From NCBI GenBank assembly GCA_046052125.1, contig JBJOMY010000001.1:320001-384000 (forward strand): 64,000 bases of DNA, written 5' to 3'. Below, piece by piece: positions 50,871 through 59,960 of this stretch (positions are counted from its first letter, which is position 1; each line of letters starts with the position of its first letter). The notes beneath the pieces were generated by a model that was not told where the DNA came from, ran no database searches, and was given only the letters and a program-made list of their open reading frames with translations. The stretch comes from Cyanobacteriota bacterium (lineage in GTDB: Bacteria; Cyanobacteriota; Cyanobacteriia; PCC-6307; Cyanobiaceae). The position numbers and the translations under genes are program-made.

Positions 50871-52959
50871 CCCAGGCCAGGCGGGAATTCGCGAGCTGCC
50901 TGCGCAGCAGCACCCAGGCCCAAGCCAATCCCAACAGCACCGCCGCGCTCTGACAGAAAGCGATCACGTGGGGGTCGGCCTGCCAGCTCGGCGCCGAGCG
51001 CCAGCCAGACACGGGCAAGAGCTGGCCGGCTTCAGCCATGCCGATCGGCAGATGCCGGGCCAGCAGCAACGCCCAAACCAATGGGAGCAAGCCATAGAGC
51101 GTGCGGGTGAGCCGCTCAAGCGAAAACCACAAACGCGCCAGCAGAAACAGCGCCGATGGCAGGGCCAGCGCCAACAGGGCCGCAGCGAGCCGCGGCAGCC
51201 AGGGGCCTTCCACAAGGCTTGCCGGCGCCAGGGCACTCCACCCCAAGAGGCGCTGCCAGTGATGCAGGCACACATCACCTGCCAGCACGAGCAACAAGGC
51301 GGGCTCGGCCACAGGCAGGCTCATCTCCCGCTGGATGTCCGCAGCAGGCGGCCGCAGCGATAGCTGTACGGAGCGATGCGGGCAGGCCTGCACGCAGGTG
51401 AGACACAACACACAGTTGCGGTTATCGCTCAGGTGCGCCGGATGGGTGCCGAGCGGACAACCGGCTGTGGCCAAGCCTTCACCATCCGCCGGGCCGCCCT
51501 TGAAGCAGGCATAGGTGCTGCAACTGCCGCTGCAGGTGCCCACCTGCGCCCGCAGCTCCAGCACCGAGAGCTTGGCGAACAAACCATTCATGCCGCCCAC
51601 CGGGCAGAGGTAACGGCACCAGAAGCGCTTCTCAAACCGCAGCGATCCGATCACCGCGCCGGCCGTAATCAGCAGCAGCAAGCAACTGCTCAGCCAGGCG
51701 GTGTTCTGCAAATTGCAGAGCTCCTCCCAGAGCAGGATCAAGGCAAAGCCCGCCGCCAGCAAGGGCGATGCCCAGGCATCGCTATCGCCCCTGGGCCAGC
51801 GCTGGGGCTGCCAACCGAGGCGCCGGGCCAGGCGCTGGGTGATCTCCCCCCACACCATGAACGGGCATATCGAGCACCACAGGCGACCCACCAACGGAAA
51901 ACCGAGCAGGATCAGCGGCCACCACCAGGCCCAGAACAGGTTGAGGGCGCCGTTGTGGCTGCGCTCCTGCGGCCCAAGCCACAGCCAAAGATTCACCAGC
52001 ACAAACAGCCAGCTCACCAGACCAAACAGCACGCCGTTCCAGAGCCATGGCGCGCGCATCCACTCCCTCAGCTGAGGCTTCCAGCGCCAGATGTCGAACC
52101 GGAAGCGCTGCTGCCGTGGCGCCGTCCAAAACACGTCATCTGGCAACACCGCCGGCCAGGACATCTCCTGGGGGGCTGCCCCCTGTTCCTGACGGCGCAC
52201 CTGCTGGAGTGCGCGGTAAATCAGCGTTTCCAGCTCCCGCAGGTTGTTGGGGAAGTCGTAGCTCTGCAGGCGCTTCACCACCGCCTCAGGCACCTGCGGT
52301 GGGCTCGGCCAGCCGAGTTTGCGGCTGCGCTGACGCACGCCGTAGCGCACCCACTCCCCCAGATCCTGGCGCCGCACCCTCAAGGGAGGCACGCGGATCA
52401 GGCTGCAGCAGCGATCAAAGGCAGGAACGCTCGCCTCAGCGGTGAAGAACACGCGGCCCGGGAAGTGTCGAGCCGGCGTTGATGGGTCATCAGCAGCCAC
52501 AGCCGCAGGCCACCAACTGCCGCTCTGGGCCAAGGCCAACAAACGCTGCTGCAGGAGCGAAGGCACCTGATCCAACTTGTCGATCAGGAGGGAGCCTTCG
52601 CCCAGCAGCTCCAGAAGGGCCGGCTCGCTGCCATCGGATGCACTGCCGAATAGGTCAGCGCCATCGGCTTTGAGTAGCGCACCATCGAGGCGGAGCATCA
52701 GCTGCTGGCGCAGCGGCGAGCCGTAATGGATCAGCGCGGCAATGTTGTCCTTCTCCAGCCCGGGTTCACCGCTGATCAGCACGGGCCGGCGCTGGGGGTC
52801 TTCAGCGGCGAGCCGGATTGCATCACGCAACTTGCGGGCGTAGCGACTGCTGCCGACCACCCCACGGCGGGCCTGCCCCACCAGAAATGGCGCAAGACGC
52901 AGCAGAGCCGCGTTGTCACGGGACGACGACGGCGGCAGGGACGACGACACAGGCACCAC
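50800..52959 (-). CDS. Degenerate sigma54-activator-type AAA domain fused to a polytopic 4Fe-4S (NapH-like) domain
   Basis: VLISGEPGLEK, VPPLRVRRQD, YDFPNNLREL; WCSICP, WCRYLCP, CVLCLTCVQACP; many TM helices. Confidence 0.85.
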   Translation of the reverse strand: MVPVSSSLPPSSSRDNAALLRLAPFLVGQARRGVVGSSRYARKLRDAIRLAAEDPQRRPVLISGEPGLEKDNIAALIHYGSPLRQQLMLRLDGALLKADGADLFGSASDGSEPALLELLGEGSLLIDKLDQVPSLLQQRLLALAQSGSWWPAAVAADDPSTPARHFPGRVFFTAEASVPAFDRCCSLIRVPPLRVRRQDLGEWVRYGVRQRSRKLGWPSPPQVPEAVVKRLQSYDFPNNLRELETLIYRALQQVRRQEQGAAPQEMSWPAVLPDDVFWTAPRQQRFRFDIWRWKPQLREWMRAPWLWNGVLFGLVSWLFVLVNLWLWLGPQERSHNGALNLFWAWWWPLILLGFPLVGRLWCSICPFMVWGEITQRLARRLGWQPQRWPRGDSDAWASPLLAAGFALILLWEELCNLQNTAWLSSCLLLLITAGAVIGSLRFEKRFWCRYLCPVGGMNGLFAKLSVLELRAQVGTCSGSCSTYACFKGGPADGEGLATAGCPLGTHPAHLSDNRNCVLCLTCVQACPHRSVQLSLRPPAADIQREMSLPVAEPALLLVLAGDVCLHHWQRLLGWSALAPASLVEGPWLPRLAAALLALALPSALFLLARLWFSLERLTRTLYGLLPLVWALLLARHLPIGMAEAGQLLPVSGWRSAPSWQADPHVIAFCQSAAVLLGLAWAWVLLRRQLANSRLAWVSASALALVLAGAGRWLVAVPFS

Positions 52960-53059
52960 TGAGGGCTCAACACCAGTGTGATGCCATTGATGCCCAGGCG
53001 CCGCGGCCTGGCCTCACACAGCTGATACTGACCGGCTGAGTTGCGAACGCAACGGATCG

Positions 53060-53638
53060 ATGGCTCTCACCCTCTACGGCGGCGCCCGCTCCCGCGCCTC
53101 CATGCCCCGCTGGTACATGGAGGAGAAAGGCATCCCCTATCAGTGGCAACTGCTGGACATGGAGGCCGGCGAACACCGCGCTGAGCCCTTCCTGCAGATC
53201 AACCCCTTTGGCAAGGTCCCGGCACTGGTGGATGACGATGCCGCCCTGCCCGGCGGCCGTCTGCAGCTGTTTGAAAGCGGCGCGATCCTGCTGTATCTGG
53301 CGGAGCGCTACGGCGGCGAATGCGGCACTGCCGCCGAGCGCGCCCTGGCGCAGCAATGGGTGCTGTTCGCCAACGCCACCCTGGCTACCGCCCTGTTTGT
53401 GCCCTCCAACCGCGAGCGGGAGTTCCCCAGGCTGATGGCGGTGCTCGACACGCGGCTGGCCGAGGGACCGCTGATGGGTGATCGCTGGAGCGTGGCCGAT
53501 TGCGCCGTACACGCCTATCTGGCCTACCTGCCGATCTTCTTTCCCCAGATCGACCTGAGCCCCTACCCCCACGTGCAGGCCACGATCGCCGCCACCCAGC
53601 AGCGAGCGGCTTATCAAACAGTGATGGGCCAGCGTTGA
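53060..53638 (+). CDS. Glutathione S-transferase family protein
   Basis: SRAS, INPFGKVPAL, LFESGAILLYLA, SVAD. Confidence 0.95.
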   Translation: MALTLYGGARSRASMPRWYMEEKGIPYQWQLLDMEAGEHRAEPFLQINPFGKVPALVDDDAALPGGRLQLFESGAILLYLAERYGGECGTAAERALAQQWVLFANATLATALFVPSNREREFPRLMAVLDTRLAEGPLMGDRWSVADCAVHAYLAYLPIFFPQIDLSPYPHVQATIAATQQRAAYQTVMGQR

Positions 53639-54279
53639 CCCCCAAGCACGGGCGCCTGAGCTGGCAGGGCAGCGAACTGGAGTTGCTGCCGCAGCGGGCC
53701 CTGTGGCAGGCCGATACCGGCCTGCTGCTGGTGGCCGATCTGCATCTCGGCAAGGCTGAAAGTTTCCAGGCCAGCGGCATCCCCCTGCCGAGTGATGGCG
53801 ACCTGAGCAACCTCAACGCCCTGCTGGAGCTCGCAACCCAACTGCGGCCCCAGCGGGTGGTGGTGCTGGGCGATCTGATCCATAGCCGCTTCGGGCTGAC
53901 CGCAGAACTGCGCGAGAAGATCAGGGCTCTGCCCGAGTTGCTGGGTTGTCCGCTCGAGCTGATCGGAGGCAACCACGACCAGGGCAGCTGGTTTGAGGGA
54001 CTGCCGGCAAAGCCCGCCTGCCGCTACGGCCCGCTCTGGCTAAGCCATGAACCCTGCACCCCTGCCGATCCAGCGCTGCTGAATGTGGCCGGCCATGTGC
54101 ATCCAGTGGCGGTGCTGGGCCATGGCAGCGATCGGCTCCGGCTGCCCTGCTTTGCGTTGCACAAACCGCAGCGGCAACTGTTGCTGCCGGCCTTCGGCAG
54201 CCTCACCGGCGGCTATGCCGTATCGGCCGATCACCAGCGCTGGGTGATCGCAGAGCAGAGCGTTTTGGCCTTGCCCTGA
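53635..54279 (+). CDS. pdeM: Ligase-associated DNA damage response endonuclease (metallophosphoesterase)
   Basis: VADLHLGK, LGDLIH, GNHD, SHEP, GHVHP, LPAFGSLTGG; TTG start overlaps the GST stop. Confidence 0.88.
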   Translation: MTPKHGRLSWQGSELELLPQRALWQADTGLLLVADLHLGKAESFQASGIPLPSDGDLSNLNALLELATQLRPQRVVVLGDLIHSRFGLTAELREKIRALPELLGCPLELIGGNHDQGSWFEGLPAKPACRYGPLWLSHEPCTPADPALLNVAGHVHPVAVLGHGSDRLRLPCFALHKPQRQLLLPAFGSLTGGYAVSADHQRWVIAEQSVLALP

Positions 54280-54298
54280 GGCCAAACCAGCCAGCGCA

Positions 54299-55759
54299 TT
54301 GCCCGTAGATTTGCATCAACGGGCCCGCCGCCACCTGGACACAGCACCGCCGCCACCCTCCACCGCCCGGCGGGCGGATCCCAGGCCGCAGTGGCAGCGC
54401 AAGCGCTGGCTCACCATCGGAGTTCCCCTGGCGGGCCTGGCCTTTCTGGTGGCGATTGCTCCGCCCCTGCCGGAGCAGCGCACGGGGCTGGAGCTGATTC
54501 AGCCGGCTGCCAGCGGCGAGGCCTTTCGCTACCTCCCCAACGACGAGGTTTACGCCCTCGATTTCGACCCCCGCCAGGTGCAGCTTGATCTGCTGGAGGG
54601 CTGGGACCGAGAACAGGATGCCTTCGAAGACAGCGCCGCTCTGGCCTACGTGTCAGGGCCGATGTACGAGCGGCACGTCAACAACAGCGGCCAGGAGATC
54701 ACTGTTCCCCTGGGTGATATCAAGCTGGGCCAAAGGGTCTGGCGGGGCCGGAATCGCACCGCGGCCAGGCAGCGGGCCTTCATCGGCATCCGCCATAACG
54801 GCCAGGCGGAATTCGGCTACGGCGAACTCACCCCCGAGCGGGCTGCCCGCTACGACAGCTTCATTGGCGGCCTGCACAGCGTTTACAACGATCTGGAGAA
54901 ACCTCCCGCTAGCTACCGCGGTGCTTACAGCATTTCGATGGGGCAGCAGATCCGCTATTACCTTCCCCGCATCCGCATGGTGATGGGCCTCAGGCCCGAT
55001 GGGCGGGTGGAGGTGTTGATGAGCCGAGATGGCCTCACCCTCGAACAAACCAAAGACCTCGCCCGCAGACGCGGCCTGCGGGCCGCTTACCTGCCGGACC
55101 ATGCCTCAAAGAGCCGGCTGATCATTCCCGGGGTCAAGGGCTTCAGCCAGGACGACGCCAACTGGATCAGCGGCGGCGCCACCAGCTTTGTGCACGTGCC
55201 CTACCTGCTGCGACTCAGTCGGCGGGCCGTTCCCCTGCAGGGGAACCTGATGGAGACCTTCGCCAGGCAAACGGCCAGCAGCAGCTGCTCCAATCCTCTG
55301 GACTGCGGTCAATCGCTGGGCACCCAGATCTTCGATCGGGCGTTGGCCGGCTTCAACCGGCTGATGGAGCAGGGCGTTGAACCGCTCGCCCGCCTGATCT
55401 GGGAACCGAAGGGCCAGCGATCCCCGAAACGGGAGGGTTTGCGCTCGCCCCTGCGGGAGCCACCGATCACCGCCGACCCGATGGCCCTGCGCGAGCTGCA
55501 GCTCAGCGAGGAAGCCGCGGCCAGCAGCGAAGAAGCGGCACCGCTGGCCCCGGATCTACCGCCGCCGCTGCTGCTGCAGGAAGGGCAGGATCTGCCAGCC
55601 AACCCAGACGCCACCAGCGCCGACCCTGGCCTGGAGCCAGCACTGCCTCAGGCCGATGCTGTGGTTCCAGGCATCAATCAACAGCCTGGGTCGATACCAA
55701 AAGGTGCACCGGCGCCACCACCGTTGCTGCCACCACTCACACCGCCACCGCTGCCGTAA
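54299..55759 (+). CDS. Membrane-anchored hypothetical protein with a Pro-rich tail
   Basis: One N-terminal TM, globular core, Pro-rich C-terminus. Confidence 0.75.
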   Translation: MPVDLHQRARRHLDTAPPPPSTARRADPRPQWQRKRWLTIGVPLAGLAFLVAIAPPLPEQRTGLELIQPAASGEAFRYLPNDEVYALDFDPRQVQLDLLEGWDREQDAFEDSAALAYVSGPMYERHVNNSGQEITVPLGDIKLGQRVWRGRNRTAARQRAFIGIRHNGQAEFGYGELTPERAARYDSFIGGLHSVYNDLEKPPASYRGAYSISMGQQIRYYLPRIRMVMGLRPDGRVEVLMSRDGLTLEQTKDLARRRGLRAAYLPDHASKSRLIIPGVKGFSQDDANWISGGATSFVHVPYLLRLSRRAVPLQGNLMETFARQTASSSCSNPLDCGQSLGTQIFDRALAGFNRLMEQGVEPLARLIWEPKGQRSPKREGLRSPLREPPITADPMALRELQLSEEAAASSEEAAPLAPDLPPPLLLQEGQDLPANPDATSADPGLEPALPQADAVVPGINQQPGSIPKGAPAPPPLLPPLTPPPLP

Positions 55760-55767
55760 GGCAGCAC

Positions 55768-56232
55768 TCAGGCGCTGGCCAGGGCGCGCACCACATCACC
55801 GCGGGTGAGCACGCCAACGGGCTGCTTGGATGCATCGAGCACAAACAGGCGCTGGGTGCTGCGCTCGTGGAGCAACTTGGCCGCTGCGGGAAGCGAGAGA
55901 TCGGCATCGCAGTGGTGAGGGGTTTTGCTCATCACCTCACCCACGGTGCTGCCGAGCACCTGATGCACTTCCTTATCCCAGTTGAGCGGGTTACGGAGAT
56001 AGATCACCGCATCCAGGAGCATCACGTAGGGGCCGGCATCGAAGCCGCTCTCGCGCACCATCAGGTCCTGCTCGGTGAGTTCACCCACTAGCGCACCATT
56101 GGCATCCACCACCGGCAGCCCGCTGATGTGGTGCTCACTCATCAGCTGCACCGCCTCCTGCAGAGGTGTGGTGGTGGAGACACTGCGCACCGGGGTGGTC
56201 ATCACTTCGGAAACGCGGCGTTCGACGACCAT
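55768..56232 (-). CDS. CBS domain pair protein
   Basis: VSEVMT...ISGLPVVD...VGEVMS...GVLTRGD; start at ATG 56232. Confidence 0.92.
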   Translation of the reverse strand: MVVERRVSEVMTTPVRSVSTTTPLQEAVQLMSEHHISGLPVVDANGALVGELTEQDLMVRESGFDAGPYVMLLDAVIYLRNPLNWDKEVHQVLGSTVGEVMSKTPHHCDADLSLPAAAKLLHERSTQRLFVLDASKQPVGVLTRGDVVRALASA

Positions 56233-56266
56233 GGCAGGCTCAGGACTGGCGCCATTGTGACCCGCC

Positions 56267-56788
56267 ATGAAGCTGCAACGACGCCTCGCCGATGGCCTCA
56301 CCGTGGGGCGGGCGGTGATTGGTCTTCCTCTGATCGTGGCGCTCAGTGGCGGCCACGCCGGCCTGGCCTGGTGGCTGCTGCTGCTGGGCGGCCTCAGTGA
56401 CGCTGCCGACGGCTGGCTGGCGCGGCGCGCCGGCGGAGGTTCCGTATGGGGGGCACGCCTCGATCCCCTCACCGACAAGATCCTGATCCTGGCGCCCCTG
56501 CTTTGGCTAGGGGCCCAGCAGAGCCTGCCCCTCTGGGCGATCTGGCTACTGCTGGGCCGGGAGCTGCTGATCTCTGGCTGGCGCGCCGGCCAAGGCAGTG
56601 GTGGCCCCGCCTCCAAGAGCGGCAAGGCCAAAACGATCCTGCAGTTCGCCTCCTTGCTGCTGTTGCTCTGGCCGAGCAGCTGGGGGCCAGCGATCGCCGG
56701 GGGCCTGCACAACCTGGGGTTCTGGCTGTTCTGGCCCTCGCTGCTGCTCGCCCTGAGTTCCGCCTGGGGCTACATGCGCAAGGATTGA
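56267..56788 (+). CDS. CDP-alcohol phosphatidyltransferase family protein
   Basis: SDAADGWLARR...GARLDPLTDK; GKAKT. Confidence 0.9.
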   Translation: MKLQRRLADGLTVGRAVIGLPLIVALSGGHAGLAWWLLLLGGLSDAADGWLARRAGGGSVWGARLDPLTDKILILAPLLWLGAQQSLPLWAIWLLLGRELLISGWRAGQGSGGPASKSGKAKTILQFASLLLLLWPSSWGPAIAGGLHNLGFWLFWPSLLLALSSAWGYMRKD

Positions 56789-56794
56789 TCCGGC

Positions 56795-57712
56795 TCAGCC
56801 GATCAAGGCCTCATCGCTGCTGAAATCAGGGCTGGTGGGCATCCGCTGGGCGTAGTCGTTGGCGTAGCTGTCGGCCATGGCCTGCTCAACGCTGAAGGCC
56901 GGCGTCCAGGCCAGCTCCCGCTGCACGCGGGTCACATCCGTGAGGAAGTGGGCCAAACGGAGCGGAAACGCCTTGCGCGCTTTTTTATCGAGCCCGGAAG
57001 GATCGAAGCTGCGGATCTCCACCGCGGCGGGATCCTTTCCGCAGGCCCGTGCCGCAGCCGCCACCAAACCCTTAAAGGTGATGCCCTGCACGCTGCTGCA
57101 GTTGTAGATGCGGTTGGCGGCGGCATCCACCCCAATGCTCAGGGCCATGGCAGTGGCCAGATCGTTCACATGCCCCAGCTGGGTGATCGTGCTGCCATCA
57201 CCGGGCAGCGGTACCGGCCGGCCATGCACAATCCGATCGAAGAACCAGCTCTCGACAGGGTTGTAGTTGCCGGCGCCCACGATGTAAGTGGGACGGAAGC
57301 TGGTGAACGGGATCTTCTCGGCGCTGAGCCAAGCCTCCGTATCCAGCTTGCCGCTGTGGCGGCTCTGGGGATCCGTGGGGGAGTGCTCGCTAAGGGGCCA
57401 GAGCTCGCTGTCGGCGTACACGCCTGCAGAGCTCACATACACAAATCGATGGCTGGGGGCGCCGGTGCGCTCAATCACGGCGCGGCTGTCATCGAGCGTG
57501 CGGCCTGAGCTGTCCACGATCACGTCAAAACTCCGGCTCTGCAGCGCTGCCAGGCCGTCGGCAGTGCTGCGGTCGCCGCAGAGATGCTCCACCCCGGCCG
57601 GCACGGGGTTCTTGCCGCGGGTGAAGAGCGTGAGCGCGTGCCCCTCGGCCAGCAGCTGCGCCACCAGGGGCTTACCCACGAAGCGGGTTCCGCCCATCAC
57701 GAGGATCTTCAC
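56795..57712 (-). CDS. NAD-dependent epimerase/dehydratase family protein (CSP41-like)
   Basis: KILVMGGTRFVG, YVSSAGVY, FRPTYI.G..NYNP.E.WFFDRI. Confidence 0.9.
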   Translation of the reverse strand: MKILVMGGTRFVGKPLVAQLLAEGHALTLFTRGKNPVPAGVEHLCGDRSTADGLAALQSRSFDVIVDSSGRTLDDSRAVIERTGAPSHRFVYVSSAGVYADSELWPLSEHSPTDPQSRHSGKLDTEAWLSAEKIPFTSFRPTYIVGAGNYNPVESWFFDRIVHGRPVPLPGDGSTITQLGHVNDLATAMALSIGVDAAANRIYNCSSVQGITFKGLVAAAARACGKDPAAVEIRSFDPSGLDKKARKAFPLRLAHFLTDVTRVQRELAWTPAFSVEQAMADSYANDYAQRMPTSPDFSSDEALIG

Positions 57713-57784
57713 GCCAACGCCAATCGAACTGGCGGCCATTCAAGCGTTGTCGCAGCACACTGGGGCCCTGCAAACCGAGGCCGA

Positions 57785-58471
57785 ATGGGACGCTTCAACG
57801 AGGTGCTGCGGGCGCTCAACAACCTGAAGCTGCTGGCAGCGATCGGCCGCAGCGGCGGCGATCTGAGCAGCGTGGCCGATCTGGTGGACAGCTTCATCGA
57901 CAGCCCGCAGATGGGCGACTGCATTCGACGCTTCCGCGCCGTACCCGGCGGAGCGGCACTGATGGACGAGCGCTACCCACCACTGCAACCCGATCTCGAC
58001 CAGCTGAGCCGATTGCCTGAGGGCAGCCTCGGCGAGCGCTATGCCCGCTTGATCACCAAGCTCGGCTACGACCCTGAGTTCTTCCGCCCCCGTGCGATCG
58101 CCACAGAAGCCCAGTGGCTCACTCAACGGGTCGCCACCACGCACGACATCCATCATGTGATTTGTGGTTTCGGCACGGAACCCGAAGGCGAAAGCGGGGT
58201 ATTGGCCGTCACGGCTGCCCAGATCGGCTTCCCCGCTTATGTGCTGCTCACCAGCGCCAGCCAGCTGGCCAGCTTCCGCTTGCAGCTGGAGCGGTTCGAG
58301 GGCATCAGCCGCGCCGTGAGCCATGGCCACGCCATCGCCCGGCAGGCCCGTTGCCTGGTGACGGCGCGCTGGGAAGAGGGCTGGGAGAAGCCCGTGAGCC
58401 AATGGCGCAGCGAACTGGGCATCAGCGACCCAGCGGATCAGGAGCCCTACGGCCTGGCGGGGCAGCTGTGA
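57785..58471 (+). CDS. Coq4-like protein
   Basis: L..LPEGSLG..Y, HDIHHV..GF...GE metal motif. Confidence 0.82.
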   Translation: MGRFNEVLRALNNLKLLAAIGRSGGDLSSVADLVDSFIDSPQMGDCIRRFRAVPGGAALMDERYPPLQPDLDQLSRLPEGSLGERYARLITKLGYDPEFFRPRAIATEAQWLTQRVATTHDIHHVICGFGTEPEGESGVLAVTAAQIGFPAYVLLTSASQLASFRLQLERFEGISRAVSHGHAIARQARCLVTARWEEGWEKPVSQWRSELGISDPADQEPYGLAGQL

Positions 58472-58689
58472 AGTTGCCGCAACGCTGGACAGCCCAGCCC
58501 GCCAGCTGCGGACGAACCCAGGGCTATCGCCATTTTCAGCTACTTGGGGAGCAGGGAAAAGGCGCTGATCGCGCCGTGCGCCTCGAGGCCGTGCTCGATC
58601 GCAGCTATCGCCTGCTGGTCCGCCTGCAGGAGCTCCGCGATCGCAGCCTCTGGCAGCCTGGCTGGCAGTCGTTGAGCCGGCCGGCCGCC
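58468..58689 (+). CDS. TIGR02450-like Trp-rich domain, in frame with hisA and with no stop codon
   Basis: WTA...GYRHFQL...GKG..R.V.LEAVLD...EL.DRS.W.PGWQ; GTG overlaps the Coq4-like stop. Confidence 0.7.
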
Positions 58690-59463
58690 ATGCAGATCAT
58701 TCCCGCCATCGACCTGCTCGATGGCCACTGCGTGCGCCTGCACCAGGGCGACTACGACCAGGTGACGCGCTTCAACGACGACCCGGTGGCTCAGGCCCTC
58801 GAGTGGCAGCGCCAGGGCGCCCAGCGGCTGCACCTGGTGGATCTCGATGGCGCCAAAACCGGCCAGCCGATCAACGACCAGGCCGTGAAGGCGATCACCG
58901 CCGCCCTCTCGATTCCAGTGCAGCTCGGCGGAGGTGTGCGCAGCGCCGAGCGTGCTGAAGAACTGCTGGCCTGCGGTCTGGATCGCGTGATCCTCGGCAC
59001 CGTGGCGATCGAGAAGCCTGAGCTGGTGAAGGAGCTAGCCTCGCGCCATCCCGGCAAGGTGGTGGTGGGCATCGATGCCAAAGACGGCCTGGTGGCCACC
59101 CGCGGCTGGATCGAAACGAGCACCGTGAAGGCCACCGACCTGGCCAAAAGCTTTGAGGGCTGCGGCGTCGCCGCGATCATCAGCACCGATATCGCCACCG
59201 ACGGCACCCTGGCGGGCCCCAACCTGAACGCATTGCGGGCCATGGCTGAAGCCAGCTCGATCCCGGTGATCGCCTCGGGCGGGATCGGCACCCTGGAGGA
59301 CATCCTCTCGTTGCTATCGATCGCACCGCTTGGCGTGGAGGGCGTGATCGTGGGTCGTGCGCTGTATGACGGCACCGTGGACCTAGCGGAGGCGTTGCAG
59401 GCGATTGGCCCGGAACGCTTACAAGACGCACTCACTTCGCCTACGGGTTCTATAACGGGATAA
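58690..59463 (+). CDS. hisA: ProFAR isomerase
   Basis: MQIIPAIDLLDGHCVRL.QG, LHLVDLDGA, QLGGGVR, TDIATDGTLAGPN, IASGG, IVGRALY. Confidence 0.97.
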   Translation: MQIIPAIDLLDGHCVRLHQGDYDQVTRFNDDPVAQALEWQRQGAQRLHLVDLDGAKTGQPINDQAVKAITAALSIPVQLGGGVRSAERAEELLACGLDRVILGTVAIEKPELVKELASRHPGKVVVGIDAKDGLVATRGWIETSTVKATDLAKSFEGCGVAAIISTDIATDGTLAGPNLNALRAMAEASSIPVIASGGIGTLEDILSLLSIAPLGVEGVIVGRALYDGTVDLAEALQAIGPERLQDALTSPTGSITG

Positions 59464-59479
59464 GACGTTCACGCCTCTC

Positions 59480-59932
59480 TTGGCGGCGACACCCACCACC
59501 ACAGCCAGCAGCGAAGCGCGCCTGGGCGAGTCAGGCCTGGAGGGTGCCATCACCCGCTGCCGCGATTTGGGCATGCGGCTGTCTCGGCAGCGGCGCATGG
59601 TGCTGGAGCTCCTCTGGGACGTGAAGGATCACCTGAGCGCCCGCGACATCTTCGAGAAACTGAATGCCAGGGGCCGCAACATCGGCCACACCTCGGTGTA
59701 TCAGAACCTCGAAGCTCTTCAGAGTGCTGGTGTGATCGAGTGCCTGGATCGCGCCAGCGGCAGGCTCTACGGCTACCGCAGCGATCCCCACAGCCACCTC
59801 ACCTGCCTCAACACGGGCTCCATCCAAGATCTGGATGTTGAGCTGCCGGCCGATCTGCTGCGCCAGATCGAGGAGCACACCGGCTTCGCAATCGAGAGCT
59901 ACACCCTGCATCTGAGCGGCCGGCGCCGCTGA
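59480..59932 (+). CDS. Fur-family transcriptional regulator
   Basis: GMRLSRQR..VL, HLSA, TSVYQNL, HSHLTC. Confidence 0.9.
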   Translation: MAATPTTTASSEARLGESGLEGAITRCRDLGMRLSRQRRMVLELLWDVKDHLSARDIFEKLNARGRNIGHTSVYQNLEALQSAGVIECLDRASGRLYGYRSDPHSHLTCLNTGSIQDLDVELPADLLRQIEEHTGFAIESYTLHLSGRRR

Positions 59933-59960
59933 GCTGAAAACCCAGGCCAGGGCCGTTAAC

